The notes below the pieces were generated by a model. The model worked only from the letters and a program-made list of their open reading frames with translations, was not told the origin of the DNA and ran no database searches. DNA of 25,255 bases, taken from the IMG/VR virus record IMGVR_UViG_3300025674_000355, positions 1 through 25,255 of that record, one strand, 5' to 3'. The position numbers and the translations under genes are program-made. This document shows positions 23,164 to 25,255 of this stretch, one piece after another. How positions within the stretch are numbered: the stretch's first letter is position 1; each line of letters starts with the position of its first letter. This stretch comes from a virus (Duplodnaviria > Caudoviricetes).

Positions 23164-25255
23164 TCAACTCCTATAGGTCTTTGGCAGATCGGTATTCAAT
23201 TCTTCATCAGCATCAGCGATGAAGACCCAGTCATCTTGCTGCTGTGTCACGCACTGAGCATAGGCACTTGGCCTGATGATATCGCCAGCTGATGGCGCTG
23301 GCGATGCTGGCGCAGTCAAGGTGATCTGATTGGTGGCGATGCTTTGAATGAATAGCCCTGTGTCCACAGGTGTGCCGTATTGATCCATGATGTCTATGGC
23401 ATCACCCACAGCAAAGCCCTCAACATCAGCATCAAAGGGGCCTGAGCCACTGGCTTCAGTGAAGTCATTGACATTGACAGTGAAGACTGTGGATGTGGGC
23501 GCTGGCGATGATGCCACTGTGGCTGATGGCGCAATCAAGCCAGCCCTTGGATGGATCAGCCCCACATCAAGCAAGCCATACACCATGATGTGCTCACCTA
23601 TCTGGCCTGGCTCGCCACTGAAGACTTCCCTTCTGCTGATCACCAGCATGGGTGCATTGGTGCGCCCCCTGCCACCATCACCATCAGGGATCAGGCTGTG
23701 TGTCACGCTGATCACATCACCAAGCTCAAACTGCGCTGATGGCAAGCATTCCACAAAGAGCATGGGGATGGGGTCATGGTAGCGTTGAATGATGGTCTGT
23801 ATGATCTGTGTGGCCAGATCACGGCGCCTGGTGCCTCTCAGGGTCAAGCTCAGGCTGCTGTGCTCGCCTGGTGGCTGGCGCCTATATTTGATGGTGTCTC
23901 GCGCGCTGATCCTGCTTGCTGGCAAGCCAGGCTCTACTCTGTATTGAAGCTCCACCCTGTCAATGGCATCTATCAAATTGCGATTGTGGATGATGGCAGC
24001 TGAGCGCACTTGTGACTGGCTCAGGCTCAGGGTGCTGCCATAGTCTGCTGAGTCTTTGAGCCTGATGATGCTGAGTTTGCCAGCTGGTGTGCTGATCAGG
24101 GCGCTCAGAAGGGGTGTCAGAATTTCCCTGATCACATCGCCAAGGGCTTTGCTGCCATCCTCGAAGAAGAAGACATCATCAAGGGTGATGCCTATCTCAT
24201 CACCCCACAGCAAGATCCCCTCTACATCCACCAGGCCCACAGGGATAGAGCCAGCCAGCGCATTGATGCCTGTGTCATAGGCTCCATTGGGGCCTGCTGT
24301 GTTGTCGTTTCTGGTGGTCGTCAGCAGCTGCAAAATCAGCTTGCCAGGGTGGCTGGACAGGGGCAGTGTGTTGTCACCAATCGATCCACTGTCCACATTG
24401 CTTGGTGAGTCTGCGCGAGTGCTGAAGACCTCCCTGGTGGGTGTGTCTTTGTACACACTCATGTCTTCTGGCAGGGGGCGCCCTGCAAAGGTCTCTGAGT
24501 CTGCCAGCATGTGCAGATAGAATGTGGCGCCCTGATCGAAGAAGGTGTAAGTGCCCTTGATGGCGGCATCATCACCCAGCATGAAGAGCGCCTGCCTGGG
24601 GTCGCTTACCACCCCTGAGCCACCAGCTGGCGCTTCTTGTGTCAGCATGGTGGCGCTCAGCCTGTCAAGGCGAGGTCTCTGCCCATCAAGGATAGCATTG
24701 ATCATCCTGCCCTGGCAGCGCTCAGCGAAGATCTGCTGAGCATCCACCAAGGCCAGCAAGCCATCAGCGCTGATGGTCAAGCTTAGCCCTGTGTCGCTGG
24801 TGTTGATATCTCTGATCACCCCAGACCACATGACCACTTCATCAGCTGGCGCATCTGTGCTGTCTAGTGGCACCCTCAGCAGCTGGATCAGGCGCCCAGC
24901 CAGGGTGTTGCATGTGCTGAAGATCTCCACATCGTCAGTGGTGTCTGCGCCATGGGCCTGTGCAGATGTGCCTAGCGCTGCCCTGGTGACATCATACCTG
25001 AAGCCCCCTGCAATGCTTGACTGGCTGGCGCCATCGACGATCAAACATTCTCGCTCCAAGTATACAGCGCCATCAAGCCCTGATGTGTCTACATCAATGG
25101 TGGGCTGGCTGGCTGTCATGGCAGCGATCAAGCGCGCCACCACCCCATGTCTGAGCCGATAGAGCAGGGGCCTGGTGGTGGTGTCTGCGCGCAGTGTGAA
25201 AGTTTGATTGCTGATGGTGGCTCTGCCATCTCTGAAGTCAACATCAGCGCTCAAC
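23164..25255 (-). CDS. Large tail tip/hub protein, 5' truncated
   Basis: >696 aa, open to the edge; WSGVIRDI, STPAGKLSIIRL and FELGDVISVTH segments are typical of tail hub/central fibre proteins. Confidence 0.7.
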   Translation of the reverse strand, partial: LSADVDFRDGRATISNQTFTLRADTTTRPLLYRLRHGVVARLIAAMTASQPTIDVDTSGLDGAVYLERECLIVDGASQSSIAGGFRYDVTRAALGTSAQAHGADTTDDVEIFSTCNTLAGRLIQLLRVPLDSTDAPADEVVMWSGVIRDINTSDTGLSLTISADGLLALVDAQQIFAERCQGRMINAILDGQRPRLDRLSATMLTQEAPAGGSGVVSDPRQALFMLGDDAAIKGTYTFFDQGATFYLHMLADSETFAGRPLPEDMSVYKDTPTREVFSTRADSPSNVDSGSIGDNTLPLSSHPGKLILQLLTTTRNDNTAGPNGAYDTGINALAGSIPVGLVDVEGILLWGDEIGITLDDVFFFEDGSKALGDVIREILTPLLSALISTPAGKLSIIRLKDSADYGSTLSLSQSQVRSAAIIHNRNLIDAIDRVELQYRVEPGLPASRISARDTIKYRRQPPGEHSSLSLTLRGTRRRDLATQIIQTIIQRYHDPIPMLFVECLPSAQFELGDVISVTHSLIPDGDGGRGRTNAPMLVISRREVFSGEPGQIGEHIMVYGLLDVGLIHPRAGLIAPSATVASSPAPTSTVFTVNVNDFTEASGSGPFDADVEGFAVGDAIDIMDQYGTPVDTGLFIQSIATNQITLTAPASPAPSAGDIIRPSAYAQCVTQQQDDWVFIADADEELNTDLPKTYRS

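Larger units (their letters stand above)
1..25255. mobile_element. Tailed phage/prophage genome segment (head, packaging, replication, early, lysis and tail modules)
   Basis: Contiguous TerS-TerL-portal-protease-capsid genes, O/DnaB replication genes, RusA, lysis-like and tail-like genes; tightly packed ORFs with ATGA-type overlaps; no host housekeeping genes. Confidence 0.97.

Noticed and set aside
1-25255. Stop-codon reassignment or diversity-generating retroelement
   Set aside because: Genes are intact under the standard code, with TGA the main stop and TAA/TAG also used; no reverse transcriptase or TR/VR pair seen.

Overview
The whole window is part of a tailed dsDNA phage (Caudoviricetes) genome or prophage, GC-rich (roughly 58-60% by eye). 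I found no integrase, tRNA, rRNA or CRISPR array. Three blocks are visible. (1) A leftward block (11760 to <1) starts at a Cro-like HTH gene. It continues through a lambda-O-like initiator with internal iterons, DnaB, a DCL/DUF3223-nuclease fusion and a D12-class adenine methyltransferase. It then runs into TerS, TerL, a Mu-gp29-like portal, a KTSC multi-domain protein, protease/scaffold, decoration protein and the major capsid protein, which the ORF track missed because it runs off the edge. (2) A rightward early block (11.83-16.42 kb) is driven by two near-identical sigma70 promoter/leader modules. It contains a SWIM protein, tandem-HTH proteins, a densely structured ~460-nt intergenic region, RusA and a very acidic protein. 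(3) A leftward block (>25255 to 16400) holds tail genes, a lysis cassette and an HTH-metallophosphoesterase. The most notable signals are the near-absence of CCG/CGG, and the duplicated promoter with an AAUGGA leader hairpin. Also notable is a candidate ncRNA carrying a segment antisense to the shared RBS motif of three early genes. All family assignments come from motif recognition by eye, not from database searches.
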